Shown: in pieces, positions 1-12,172 of the stretch
Layout of the letters: each line of letters starts with the position of its first letter
How positions within the stretch are numbered: the first letter of the stretch is position 1
NCBI RefSeq assembly: GCF_004010195.1
Contig: NC_057718.1
Location: forward strand, 69,083,650 to 69,141,918
Origin: Chiloscyllium plagiosum
Taxonomy: Eukaryota
Length of the DNA: 58,269 bases
Direction of reading: 5' to 3'
The notes under the pieces: model-generated
What the model was told of the DNA's origin: nothing
The model's input: only the letters and a program-made list of their open reading frames with translations
The model's database searches: none
Translations under genes and position numbers: made by a program

Positions 1-380
1 GGGCATAAGCCCTTCTTTAGGAATGAGGAAAGTTTGTCCAGCAGGCTAAGATAAAAGGTAGGGAGGAGGGACTTGGGGGAGGGGCGTCATATGGCTGTGG
101 TAGCGAGTCTGTTTGAGAATGTGGCTGAAGAGCTTCTGTGCAGAGGAGATGACCTGGGGGGTGCAGTGAGAGAGGGACTCACTGAAATCTTTGTAGAAGG
201 AGGAAGAGCGCTTCTTCAAGGAAGGCATCCTTGTAAGAGGATTCACAGTAGGTTGAAATCTTTAAGGAGAAAGTGAGGTCTGCAGATGCTGGAGATCAGA
301 GCTGAAAATGTGTTGCTGGAAAAGCGCAGCAGGTCAGGCAGCATCCAGGGAACAGGAGAATCGACATTTCGGGCATAAGC
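1..380 (-). mobile_element. Penelope-like (PLE)-derived short repeat with partial direct terminal repeat; runs off the window start
   Basis: GGGCATAAGCC occurs at 1 and 371. The block GAGAAAGTGAGG..TGCAGATGCTGGAGATCAGAG..GCAGGTCAGGCAGCATCC recurs at 23521-23793, 25509, 33462, 41652 and 42203. The minus strand carries a hammerhead-like stem II (GGGC-TTAT-GCCC). Confidence 0.7.
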
Positions 381-1554
381 CTAAGTCACAACTTCTCAAG
401 TTCAAATTCTCTCTTTGTGTCTCTCCCTTTCTTCTCTTTCTCTCTTTGCTCAGCTAAGAACCTTCTCTCTCTCTTTTTCCTCGCTCACGCTCTCCTTTCA
501 TTCTCTCTCCCTTTTTTCTCCCTTTCTTCTCTCTCTTTCTTTCTCTTTGTTTATCTTCTAACTCCATTATCCTCAATTGTAATTTATGTTTTTCCAGCTC
601 TACTGCACTTTCTGTTTCTTTAACACACTTAAGTGTTTGAGTAATTCCCTTACAATTTCAACTTTATTTTTGTCCTTGGTTAAACCCAAATCTAGCTTCT
701 TTGCTAATTCTAAACTTTCCTTCTAAACTTTCTTGGCAAATTTGAGAATCGTCTTCAAATCCTAGAAACTCTTTAGCAATTTTAAAAGCCATTTCTTTCA
801 CTTTTAGTTTACTCAAGACCCAAGCCCCGAAACTATTACGACACGGGGTAAACTCTCCTGCTTACTGTAAACCAGCAACACTGAAATGATTTATCCTGTG
901 CACTAATCTGTGAAAATTTGAGAGGCCAAGAACTATTTAAAGTAAAAATTAACAACCTTATTTCTTAAAATATAATAGAAAATAATGAACTAACAACTAT
1001 TTACAACTCCTCTGTAACCTATCTTTTACCTTCTCCTTCTACAGTACTAGTCCAATAAAACTCCCGTTTACGATTTACAAAACAAAACTTATCTCAAAAC
1101 CAGGCAGCTATCAGTTTTCTCTGCATTCCTGTTGTTTTTTTTCTTCTTCTCAAGGATTCTGCTTCACAGGTTACTGATTGATAAAGGTACTTTTAAGAGA
1201 ACTATTTGTAAGGCAGTCTTTACATGCTGGTAGCTTGGCAGTTCTCCTCCCAACTATTCAATTTTCCCTGGTCTTATGCCCCCAAAGCATCGGATTGTGG
1301 TCATTGGTCTTTAAGATTGTCAATATACTAAACTCAAACTGGATTGGAGTTTGATATTTTTGGGGTATAATTTAAACTGATTGACCTAATTCGAATCTGT
1401 TTTGTCATTCCCAGGCAACCAGCTACCCTAGCTACCCCAGTAGCTGGAGCACATGTTACATTGTATCTTTTTTTCAAAACACTTGGAGCTGTCAGTTAGT
1501 TTTTGCTAGCTTTTAACTCTCTTAAAGATACAGTATACTCACATCTTCATAACA
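381..1554 (-). mobile_element. Gypsy (Gmr1-like) LTR retrotransposon remnant: 5' LTR (~834-1554) plus decayed gag N-terminus
   Basis: The minus strand starts TGTTATGAAG (1554) and ends ..GTCGTAATA (834), followed by a degenerate PBS-like TTCGGGGCT. ATG at 792 opens MAFKIAKEFLGF, followed across frameshifts by LELAKKLDL and an E/R/K coiled coil ending REFELEKL, typical of this gag class. Confidence 0.6.
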
Positions 1555-1654
1555 TATCCATAAACTAGTTTTATTCTTTAGCTGTCAAAACACTTTATTT
1601 CACAGACTTTAATTTTGCTGACAAGCAAAATATTACACTTTTGGAGGTTGAGTT

Positions 1655-1855
1655 AAGACCATCAGATAAAGGTGTAGAACTGGGCTATTCAGCCCATCCA
1701 GTCAGCTCTACTATTTGATCAAGGCCAAGGTCAGGCTAACCAGCTTATAATTTTCTGTTTTCTGCCTCCTTCCCTTAATCGATGTTACATTAATCATTTT
1801 CCAGTTATCTGGGATCCACCCTGACTCTGGTGATTCCTGAAAGATCACCAATGTT
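1655..1855 (-). mobile_element. Degenerate CR1 LINE fragments
   Basis: Resembles the reverse of the CR1 3' tail (TAAGACCATCAGATA..GGCTATTCAGCCCATC) joined to an internal ORF2 piece. Confidence 0.45.
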
Positions 1856-2239
1856 GCACTTTAAAAGTGACAGCTCAGATTGAGTGTCACACTGCAGCAA
1901 GGAAGCACCTTAAGGCATTGCTACAAAATTGTAAGTAAAGGGTCATAAAATGAATATTAATCTGAGGATACAAACCCATAGGCATTATAAAACCTATAGT
2001 TAAAAGGATAATGTTGGGCAGGTTAAGCAGACTTGGTGTAATGGCAACAGAAATGGCAGAAAATTTGAGAGTTCCTCCATAGTGATGGGAATTATTTATT
2101 TAAGCAATGAGGAGTGGGAACTAAGTATGAAATAAGAGATTGTTTGTGCAAAATATTACCATATTATTACATCAAGAAGATATGGCATCAGAAATAATAT
2201 GGCAGGGAATGCTGAATTTCTCTAATGGACCAAATAGAA

Positions 2240-2442
2240 CACAGAATTGGGTATCTTTGGGAAAACAATTTTGAAGTTATTATATATCTCATAAATTGTT
2301 TTCCCAAAGATACCCAATTCTGTGAATTGGGATTGTGTTTATCAGTGCAGCCCTGATTTAGTATCTACTTTTGAAGTTATTATATATCTCATAAAGTAGA
2401 TACTAAATCAGGGCTGCACTGATAAACACAATCCTAATTCAC
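2240..2442. repeat. Two adjacent inverted repeats (32-bp and 50-bp arms) with identical 21-nt loops
   Basis: 2240-2271 is the perfect reverse complement of 2293-2324. 2322-2371 matches the reverse complement of 2393-2442 with one mismatch. The loop TGAAGTTATTATATATCTCAT lies at 2272-2292 and 2372-2392. Confidence 0.95.
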
Positions 2443-2607
2443 CTAGCTTGCACACCCCTGGACTATGGGAGGAAACTGGAGATCTTGGTGGAAACCCACA
2501 TAGACAGCGAGAATGTGCAAACTCCACATAGACAGATGCCTGAGGCTGGAAATGAAGTCAGGCTTCTGGAGCTGTGAGGCAGTGCTAATCACTGAGCCAC
2601 TGTTCCC
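2436..2607 (-). mobile_element. HE1-like SINE, 3'-truncated and degenerate
   Basis: AATTCACCTAGC..GGACTATGGGAGGAAAC..AATGTGCAAACTCCACATAGACAG..CTGTGAGGCAGTGCTAATCACTGAGCCAC matches the other SINE copies in the window. Confidence 0.8.
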
Positions 2608-2754
2608 CTTGCTTGGTCTCCTTCCATATTCAATTTTAATGTCTATGTATCCTCCAAGTTATGTACAGTGCCAATATCTGAATTAGTGGCCATGAGCATG
2701 AAATCAGGAGGCAGTGCTAAGTCTCCATCATCACAGTCTTGATGTTCCTCAAGT

Positions 2755-3832
2755 TCATTTGTGGGATGTGGTCATCGCTGACTGGCCAACATTTATTGCC
2801 CATCCCTAGTTGCCCTTGAGTAGGTGGTGGTGAGCTGCTTTCTTGAATGGCTGCAGTCCATCTGCTGTGGATTGACCCACAATACCATTAGGGAGGGAAT
2901 TGCAAGTGATCATGGGGCTGGAAGATGCTGTCTGAGGATCTTTGGTGAATTTCTGCAGTCCATCTTGTAGACAGTCCACATTGCTACTGTTAAGAGTTGA
3001 TGGTGAATAGAGTGGATGCTTGTAGGTTCAGTGCCAATTAAACTGACTGCTTTGTTCTGGATGGTGTCAAGTTTCTTGAGAGTTGTTGGGGCTTCACTCA
3101 TCCAGGCAAGTTGGGAATATTCTATCACACTCCTGGCTTGTGTCTTATAGATGGTAGACATGCTTTGAGGACTCAGGAGGTGACTTACTGGCCACAGTGT
3201 TCCTAGCCTCTGACCTGCCCTTGTAGCCACTGTGTTTATGTGGTGTGCTTTTGGTCAATGATAGCACCGAGGATGTTGACAGTGGGGGGCTCAGTGATAA
3301 TAACATCATTAAATGTCAAGGGGCAGTGGTAAGATTCTGTCTTAATGATGATGGTCATAGCCTGACATTTGTGTAGTCTGAATGCTACTTGCCTACTTGC
3401 CAGCCCAAACCTGGGTATTGTCCAGATCCTCTTGCATTTAATTGTTTCAATATCTGAGGAGGCATGAATGATACTGAACATTGTGCAATCATTGGTGAAC
3501 ATCCCTATATCTAAACGTATGATGGAAGGAAGGTCATTGATAAAGTAGCTGAAGCTGATTGGGCCTTGGACACTATCTTGAGGAACTCCAGCAGAGAAGT
3601 CCTGGAGCTGAGATGACAGACCTCCAACCATCACAACCATCTTCTTCTGTGTCAGATTTGACTCCAAACTCCAGAAGGTTTGCCCCTGATACCCATTGAT
3701 TTTAGTTTTACTAGAGCTCCTTAATGTCAAGGGCTGTCACTCTCACCTTACCTCTAGAATTCCACTCTTAAATCCATGTTTTATCCAAGGCTGTAATGAG
3801 GTCAGGAACTGAGTGGTCCTGGAACCCAAACT
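2755..3832 (-). mobile_element. CR1-superfamily LINE (family A), 5'-truncated: RT C-terminal part and 3' UTR
   Basis: ORFs 3236-3730 (AGVPQDSVQGP..FINDLP..MFTNDCT, RT motifs) and 2910-3230 (YKTQARSVIEYS..KKLDTIQNKA). Collinear with 20355-21570. Confidence 0.85.
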
Positions 3833-3869
3833 GAGAGGAGTGACAGTGAGTATTGTGCAATGTGTTCAG

Positions 3870-4225
3870 GGCAGCACAGTGGTTCCAGCAGTTAGCACTG
3901 CTGCCTCACAGCACCCAGGATCTTGGGTTTGATTCTACCCTTAGGTAACTGCCTGTATGGAATTTGCATGTTCTAACCGTGTCTGTGTGGGTTTCCATTG
4001 GGTGCGCCAGTCCAGTCCAAAGATGTGCAAGTTAGGTGGCTTGGACATCCTAAATTACCTATAGTGTTCAGTGAGGTGTAGGCTAAGTACATCAGCCATG
4101 GGAAATGCAGCGTTACAAGGTTAGGGTAGGGGGTTGGGTCTTGGTGGGATGCTCTTTGGAGGATTGGTGTGAACTTGTCCGACTGAATGGTCTGTTTCCA
4201 CACTGTAGAGATTCTATTCTATTCT
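3870..4225 (+). mobile_element. HE1-like SINE
   Basis: tRNA-like head (GCACAGTGGTT..TTAGCACTGCTGCCTCACAGC..GGGTTTGATTC), central body, and a tail ending ATTCTATTCTATTCTA. Confidence 0.85.
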
Positions 4226-4964
4226 AAAATGACTGCAGAAATTGAATATTGATTGATTGATTGATTGTTCTGGGATGTGCGTTCAAGTCTTGTAATGGTG
4301 CTAAGTGGTGAGAGTGAGGTATGCAATATATTATGAATGTTATATTTATCATAACCCTCTTTTTCTGTTTGATTTTAATCTCTGTTTACTCATTCAGGGA
4401 TTTCTAGCTTTTGTCCCAACATTTGTTGAAGAAGCAAAACAATTAGGAAAATTTTGTAACATCTTTGGAATGTCTGTGGAATCTATAACTTCTAAAGATT
4501 AGGTGAAAAAGACTTCTAAGAGTTGGCAGCAAATGAATGCTGATATCACTGTTGATCCAATGATGATAACAGTAGCTCATTCTCCTCCTGCCTCATCACA
4601 CTCTATACCCCCAGTAAAAGAACTAGAAGGAAAACATCAAAGAAATTTCCAAGAGATTGAAGAAAATGAAGTTACAAAGCCTAAATAATGTGTGAATTCT
4701 ATCGCAATGAGACAGAAACCAAATGGATGTCAAAACATTTGCCTGTTTCCTAAAAAACTTAATCAAGTAATAAAGGGGAGTCATGACCTTATTCCAGCAC
4801 TGGAAAGGATCACGCAACCATTGGCAGGAGTAAAGCTGTCCAGTGGAATACAAAACTTGACAAGGAACCTTTGCTATTGATACCATAGAACACAATCTTT
4901 GGCTGATACAAATCTCTGCATCCACCTTTCAGTGTTAAAGTAAGCCAGGATGTTCCAGCAGAAA

Positions 4965-5250
4965 GACAATTTAAGGATTTTGGGGTAGGCCATTTAGGAC
5001 TGAGATTAGGAGAAAGTTCTTCACCCAGGGTGAAGCCTGTGGAATTCTCTGCTGCAGAAAGTTGCTGAGGCCAAAACAGTAAATATTTTCAAGAAGGAAT
5101 TAAGTTTAATTCTTGGGGTTGAAGGGATCAAAGGTATGGGGAAAAAGCAGAAAATGGTACTGAGTGGATGATCAACTGTGATCATACTGAATGGGGGAGC
5201 AAGCTTGAAGGGCTGAAGGCATACTCCTGCTCCCATTTTCTATGTTTTTA
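4965..5250 (+). mobile_element. CR1 LINE 3' end fragment
   Basis: TTTAGGACTGAGATTAGGAGAAAGTTCTTCACCCAG..GTGGAATTCTCT..TACTCCTGCTCC..TTCTATGTTT, a typical CR1 ORF2 end and tail. Confidence 0.7.
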
Positions 5251-7374
5251 TCTTTTCCTTTGTTATGCAACTTCCCATGATCCAAATACTTCTTCACTGT
5301 CTCTTTGGCATTTTATACTCTGTTCTCCTACCCGTGTGGCAGAATGGATCTACAATTTATTCTGAGGCATGTATCTATCTGGTGGATGAATTTGAAATGA
5401 GTGACAGTCAGGCAGATGCAGCACCACTGGTATCAGCATGCATTTGAGTATGTTTTGGTGGCTCACTCAGACATAAACTGAGACTTGGGCAGAATCTGAA
5501 TTCAGAGGTATCGCATTATATGAGAATTGGAGGAAGTGGTAGTGAGAGGTGAAGGAAATTAGAGGGGAAGACATGAAGAGAGTTAAGAAGAGCGTGTTAG
5601 GAGAATGATGAAAATGAAAAGGATCTGAGGAGAGCTGTCAGTGGAATACATGAGATTGAACATAGTGAGGGGAAGTATATGACAGGATGTAAATACATCT
5701 CTAACTTTGCTTAACTTTTCTTACCTATTCATGTAATTGAAAGGCACTAACTATGGGATCTCATTGAGATGGTCTCCTTCTATTCCACCTCAAACCACAT
5801 CTTCTTACTGGTGAAAAAACAGGTTGCATTTCATCAATAGTGGGAAAAAGAACTGCTTTCCTGAGTCCTTAACTTCCCCAGCAGAACATTAAAAGATTAT
5901 CAACTAATTTTGATATCTTGTTAGATGCATTTATCCTTCAAGAAGAACTGTTGCAATCTCCAAACTTCCTCTGCTATTTCTCTGAGCTGAACCTTTAAAT
6001 GCTCAAGGGAGTATTGTGTGATGCAGGTTCACTTCATGCCCATTCAAACACAGGGAACAGGTGAGAACTGGAAGTGTAAAGAAGGGCAAGCAATCTTATT
6101 AAAAGCTTATATTACTACCCATCCTGCAATGTTGTCAGCTGTTACAATGGCCATCACAGTCATATTATCACAGCCAATGCTTTTGCAGATTATTGTTGAA
6201 TTTAACTAGACTCAAATGCATCCTCTAGTTCTGCTACTTTGATCAAGGAAAGTCAGCTTGAAATAGACTCACTATGCTCAAACTCAAAATCATGCTCTGA
6301 TAAATTTGGGAATAGAGAAGCTGGGTTAGGCGTAGAACACTTAGTTTAGTATTTCATATTTGTCCTTAATTGATACTATGACTAGTTCTGTCATCTTTCA
6401 GAAATTTTACAAACCTCCACAGTTTTTGTTGGCCAGTCCTAACACAGGAAATATGTGCAGCAGACATTTCTTTTCTATTTGCACATGCCACATTTGAAGA
6501 TGTACAATATGGAAAAAATATTGCCATCAAACACTGAGATATTGGAACAAAATGTCTAGTATCAGCACATTCCACGTGTCTGCGTTGGAATCCTTCAGAC
6601 AATTTGCTACATAGCCTTTCAGGTCATCATCCATTTCAACATATTCAGCTTCTTTTAAACTAATTAAAAGTAAAGAACTTGCTTTTAAGCACTGTATAGC
6701 CACTGTTACCATGCAGGCAAAAATAGCCAAACTGCACACAGAGGATCACAGCAACAAATGAGGGACTAATTAATGGTTATAGGGGAAATGTTGACCCAGA
6801 CACTAAAGAATATTCTTGTTTTAATCACATAGTGGTTTGTAATTGTTTATGCCTCGATGAACGCAACTAAAATGTTGGTACCTCATCCTAAAGGTTGTAA
6901 CTCTAATGCAGCTCTCTTTTAGTAATACGTTGAAGAATCAAACTTGATGATATATTCAGGCTAGAATGGGGTTAAAAAGGGAAATTTATTTCACTGTATT
7001 TAATGGATTTGGTTTGGGTGGGAGGTTAAAATTTAAAAATTTGAAATAGGAATCAAATCTGTCTCAAATTTCCCCACATCTTGTTTCAATAAAATAACGG
7101 ATGGGTAACCAATCTGCTGACGGGAGGTGGGTTGATGATTTAACTATTTTAGTTAGGCTGTCTGTCTTCATTTTAACAGGGAATGTGCTTACCATGTTGC
7201 TGTTGCTGCTCCCAATTTGCTGAAAAATATATCCCACCCAAACATCCATCTATCATAGAGTTCCAATGCCCGCAATAGTCATCATTCTGTCTTTATCACT
7301 GAGTGTCCTATCTTCAAATCTCTTAGAGCTCCACAAAATCAGTGTTGATCATATTGAAATGAGAGTGATGAATT

Positions 7375-8980
7375 AAAATTGAAAATAAGGAAATGGCAGA
7401 TGAATTGAACAAGTATTTTACAGCAGTAATTATTATAAAGTAATTAAGAAATATCCCAGAATCAATGACAAATCAGGAAATGGAAGGGAGAGAGGGAGGA
7501 ACTCGGGAAGATAACAGTCACCTGAGAATGATCCTGAGCAATTTATTAGAGCTCAGGCTGACAGGTCTTGGTAGACTTGGGATCTTAAAAGAAATGGTTA
7601 TTGCATAGGTTTTAATTTTCCAAAACTTCTTTAATTTGGGATTGGTCCCATTTGATTTGGAAGATAGTGGATGTTACTCCTCTATTCAAAGATGTAGGGA
7701 GACAGAAAGCAGGAACTTACAGTTTAGTTAGCTGAACGTCTGTCAGAGGTAAACTGTTTGGAGATACTATTAAATAAGTTTTTGCAGGGCTCTTGGGTAA
7801 GTTCAAAGTAATCAGGCAAAGTCAACATGGTCACGTGAAAGGGAAATTATATTTAACCAATCCATTAGCAGTCCCTGAGGAGGTAATATACTCTTGAAGA
7901 AGAGAAAGCATTAAAGGTTATTGCAGAAAATAAAAGCTTGTCATATAGGGGGCAGCATATTGGCATAGTTAGAACACTAACTAGCTAATGGAAGCAAAGA
8001 ATAGGCATTAATAGATCTTTTTCAGATTGACACCATGTTTTGAGTATGAAACCACAGGGATTAGTGCTGGAACCTCAACTGTTTACACTTTATGTAATGA
8101 CTTAGATGAAAAGATGGAAGGTATGATTGCCAAATATGCTGACAACACAAAGATAGGTAAGAAAGTAAGTTGTGATGAGGACATTAGGTTTTAAAAATAT
8201 AGATTATGTGAGTATGCAAAAATGTAGCAAATGGGATATAATGGAATGTGAAATTGTCATTTTTGTCAGGAAGAATAAAAACAAAGCATATTATTTAAAA
8301 GTTTAGAAATTTCAGATCTCTGAAGCACAGGAAAACCTGCATGCCATTGTGCATGAATCACATGCAGGTACAGCAAGTAATTAGGAAAGCTAACAGAATA
8401 TTATTTATCACAAGGGGAATTGAATATGAAAATAGGGAGTTTATGCTTCAATTATGTAGGGCACTGGTGAGACCACACCTGGAATATTATAGTATATAAT
8501 GGCATTAATCTCCCTATTAGTCTCCAATGATGAAAATGTATTGCAGACTAGGGTAGGGTAGCTTTATATCTGTAGGGAGTATAAAGTAGGATGAGGTGAT
8601 TTGATTGAAATATGTGAGATTGTAAAGGGTCTTGACAGGTAGATGTGGAGAGAATGGTACTTCTTCTGGGAGAATCAAGAACTGGGGTCACTGTTTAAAA
8701 ATCAAGAGTTTCCCATTTAAAACACAGATGAGGCATTTTATTCCTTTAGTGAGGGTCTTTTGAATTTTCTCCCTTAAAAAGTTGTGAATGTTGAATCCTT
8801 GAATGTTTTTAAAGTAGAGGTAGATAAATTCTTGTTAAGTAAGGTATGAAAGGTTAGCAGGGTATGCAGGAATACAAATTTGAGATTACAATCAGATTAG
8901 TCATAATCTTGTTGAATGGCAAACAGGCTTCAGGAGCTGAAAGGTCTACTTCTGTTTCTAATTCATATGTTCACATGTTG
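7375..8980 (+). mobile_element. Old, heavily mutated CR1 LINE (RT region to 3' tail)
   Basis: Recognisable CR1 landmarks in order: AAGGAAATGGCAGATGAATTGAAC, AGTCAACATGG, CCACAGGGATTAGTGCTGG, TGCTGACAACACAAAG (FADDTK-like), CTGGTGAGACCACACCTGGA, then the tail. Confidence 0.75.
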
Positions 8981-10824
8981 CTTTGAATTTCATTAATTTA
9001 GATGCATGATCCAATCAAAGTGTGTAAAATGATAAAAGAATTCAGTAGAATCTATTCTTAACTTGAGGGAATTCAGAACAAGATACATAATCTTAAAACT
9101 AGAGATGGATTATTTATGTAGGAGTCAATAAATGTTTTGTCACACAACAAGCTGAAATCTAGAAGTGTCTGCCTCAATAGGCCTCAATAGGTCAACTTAA
9201 ATTTTGAATGTTAAAATTGAAAGGACTTCTTAAGCAAGGGTATCAGGAGTACAGAGCAAAAGCTTATAAATGGAGTTAAGAATACAAGGGATTAAATTAT
9301 CTATTCATCTTTCAGTTTTGCTGTGTATTTCTTTACAAATTTACCCCAGAGATGAAAAAACAAAACATAAGGGTTGATGCAGGTTTGGTTGGAAACTAAA
9401 TAGCAATGCCAAGAATTACGGATGGGATAAAAAATCCTGTTAATGGATAGCAGAAGGTTGTGGATTTTAAGGAATGTTGAGTTGATTGTTCGTGTCCCTT
9501 GTGCTGAGATACGTTGGAGCTAAATGAAGATTCTTTTTCTGAGAGAAAAAGTAAAGTAGCCTTCAGATGGACTGAAGTGCGAATAAAGAGATAAATAAAA
9601 GGTTATATTTTCTTACAAAGACTGCCAATTTCTAAATTAGACAACATTAAAAAAAAGTGACATATTTCTAGCACGGGAAAGATTTCTACTCATAACATCT
9701 ATTCATATAACTTCTATATTGCAGAACATGTTCGAACTACATATCACTGTATATTTCAAAGGATTAATATCTGCTGCAAAGAGACTTATAGGAAGAAAGA
9801 TGGAGTCTTTCACATTTAGTTGTAGGAATAATGGATCAAATGGCTTCCTTCTACAATGGAATCATCACTGATTCTGTTTCTGTTATGTTTTTATCATTTT
9901 AATTATTGTTGCATAGAAATTGTAAAATTGATGAAAATTGTTTTTGAAACAGTAGAAGAAAATTGTTTCTGAAACTTGGAGATAATGGAATAGATTCTGA
10001 GCACTTGACATCCACGACTGGAAAGTGTTTAGTCCACAGATGAAATAACTGCAATTCTCCTCAAAAGAAAAGAGAAATTCAATTTTCAAAATGAAATTGT
10101 CCTAGTCTGATAAGGCAGTGTAATTGAAACATTAGCCTGGATTCTAATACCCAGCAAAATAATTCCCCTCAATGCTTAGGACTAATATAACTCCTGGCAA
10201 CTGGTCTCACCCATTATGGGGGTGGAATTGATGGAAAGCGCTGTTGGTCAGAGACTGCCCACTGCAGCAAGTAAATGGTGAGATTGACTACTGGGCTTTC
10301 CCACCAGACGTCTGTGATCAAGACATGGGGACACGTTTCTGACAAAAGAGGCCTGAGCTTTCTTGAGTAACTTGGAGGACTTGTGGAAAACATGCTATTG
10401 CTTCACACTCAGGATTCCTATGGTCCCTGTGGCATTGTCAGGAGCTTGCATGTGGATGGTAAAAGGACTCGGTCAATCTGTGGCACATGGCATTGCCATC
10501 TAATCAGGAAAGGTGGTGAAAATTGTTTTCTGACAGCTCCTGGTGGCATCAAGTGAGATAAGTAACTTCAGCAAATTTATGTGTTCAAATCAGTTTCTGT
10601 TGAGCAGCAGTGGCTAAAATTTTCCTTTTAGTTAAATACTTGTCAAACTGCATGCAAAAAATAATCACTGAGAAATTAATCACATTTAAATTTGTACATA
10701 AATAAACAATGCTTTTAAAGTTGTACAGAAAAAAAATGAACATATATTAGTACACAGAAGCAGGCACCTGCAGCACAGGGTAACTGGAGCGTGGGGTGCC
10801 TGAGCCAGCAAATGTTTGCAACTG

Positions 10825-11050
10825 CATAAATGGAAGTGGGCCATTTGACCCATCAAGTCCACATTGACTCTCTGATCAGCATCCCACCCAGACCCAATCC
10901 CTCTACCCCTGCATCTCCCATGGCTAATCCACCTAACCCTCACTGTGAGAGGAAACACCTGCGTGGAAATATACACAGAAAGTCACCCAAGGCTGGAATC
11001 GAAGCCAGGCCCCAGTACTGTAGGAAGCAGTGCTACCCCACTAAGCCACA
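10825..11050 (-). mobile_element. Degenerate HE1-like SINE
   Basis: GGCCATTTGACCCATCAAGTCCACA..CCCACCCAGACCC..GTCACCCAAGGCTGGAATCGAA..GCAGTGCTA. Confidence 0.65.
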
Positions 11051-11474
11051 CTAGAATGACTGACTTATCTAATCCTCATCCTCATTGTATGTTTGTAAAT
11101 GTAAAAGCATTGTCTTAAAGAGCCTTGTACCAATTGATGGTCCACTTTTCTTTCCTGCAGAGTCAACGGTTATTAACTCTCAGTCTTCATGTTCTATGTA
11201 CAAACTTCCAACAGATTCAATGGATCATTCTCCACTATTACCCCCACCTTCAGCTTGATGCCAATGCCCTTGCTTTTTTCAGAGCTCAAAAAGACAATTC
11301 ATTCCTCAATACACTGGTCTACTTTTCCATTACCTCCAATCTTCTTTCCATGGTACTTTTCTATGCAAGTAAAGATAGATAACGTCTTCTCCCTTCCCAT
11401 CATTAAGTGTCCAAAATAAACCATCCAGATGGAAGAGGAATTTAATTGTACATTTTTCAACTTAGTATATTGTG

Positions 11475-11780
11475 GGGTAGAATGGTGGCTAGCACTGCTG
11501 CCTCACAGTGTCAGAGACCTGGGTTTGATTCCACCCTTGGGAGACTGTGTAGAGTTTGTACATTCTCTTTGTGTCTGCATGGGTTTTGTCCCACATTCCA
11601 AAGATGTGTTGGTTAGGTCACATGGATTGGCCATGCTAAATTGCCCAGGGATGTACAGGCTAGGTGGATTGGCCATAGGAAATGTAGAGTATGGGGGTAG
11701 GTCTGGGTGGGATGCTTTTCAGAGGGTTAGTGTGGACTTGATGGGCTAAATGCTTCCACACCGTAGGGATTTTATGATTC
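11475..11780 (+). mobile_element. HE1-like SINE
   Basis: TAGCACTGCTGCCTCACAG..GGGTTTGATTCC..TGGATTGGCCATGCTAAATTGCCC..CCACACCGTAGGGATTTTATGATTC. Confidence 0.85.
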
Positions 11781-11860
11781 AATGTTCAGAATGTGAACTT
11801 CTGTATACTTGGGACACCAAACAGTTTGATGGCTTTGAAATCAGTCAGTCACTTTTTTTT

Positions 11861-12172
11861 TAGATTCATTAGATTACTTACAGTGTGGAAACAGGCCCTT
11901 CAGCCCAACAAGTCCACACCGACCCACCGAAGCGCAACCCACCCATACCCCTACATTTACCCCTTCACCTAACACTACGGGCAATTTAGTATGGCCAATT
12001 CACCTGACCTGCACATCTTTGGACTGTGGGAGGAAACCGGAGCACCCGGAGGAAACCCACGCAGACACGGGGAGAATGTGCAAACTCCACACAGACAGTC
12101 GCCTGAGGCGGGAATTGAACCCGGGTCTCTGGCGCTGTGAGGCAGCAGTGCTAACCACTGTGCCACCATGCC
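11861..12172 (-). mobile_element. Young, near-complete HE1-like SINE
   Basis: Minus strand reads CGGCATGGTGGCACAGTGGTTAGC (A box) and GGGTTCAATTCC (B box). CpGs are retained, and there is a TAATC-type microsatellite tail. Confidence 0.92.

Noticed and set aside
417..623. Hydrophobic F/S/L ORF resembling a membrane protein
   Set aside because: It is the antisense reading of the GA-rich gag coiled-coil region.
9171..9191. 10-bp tandem duplication GCCTCAATAG
   Set aside because: Ordinary slippage inside an old CR1 fragment.
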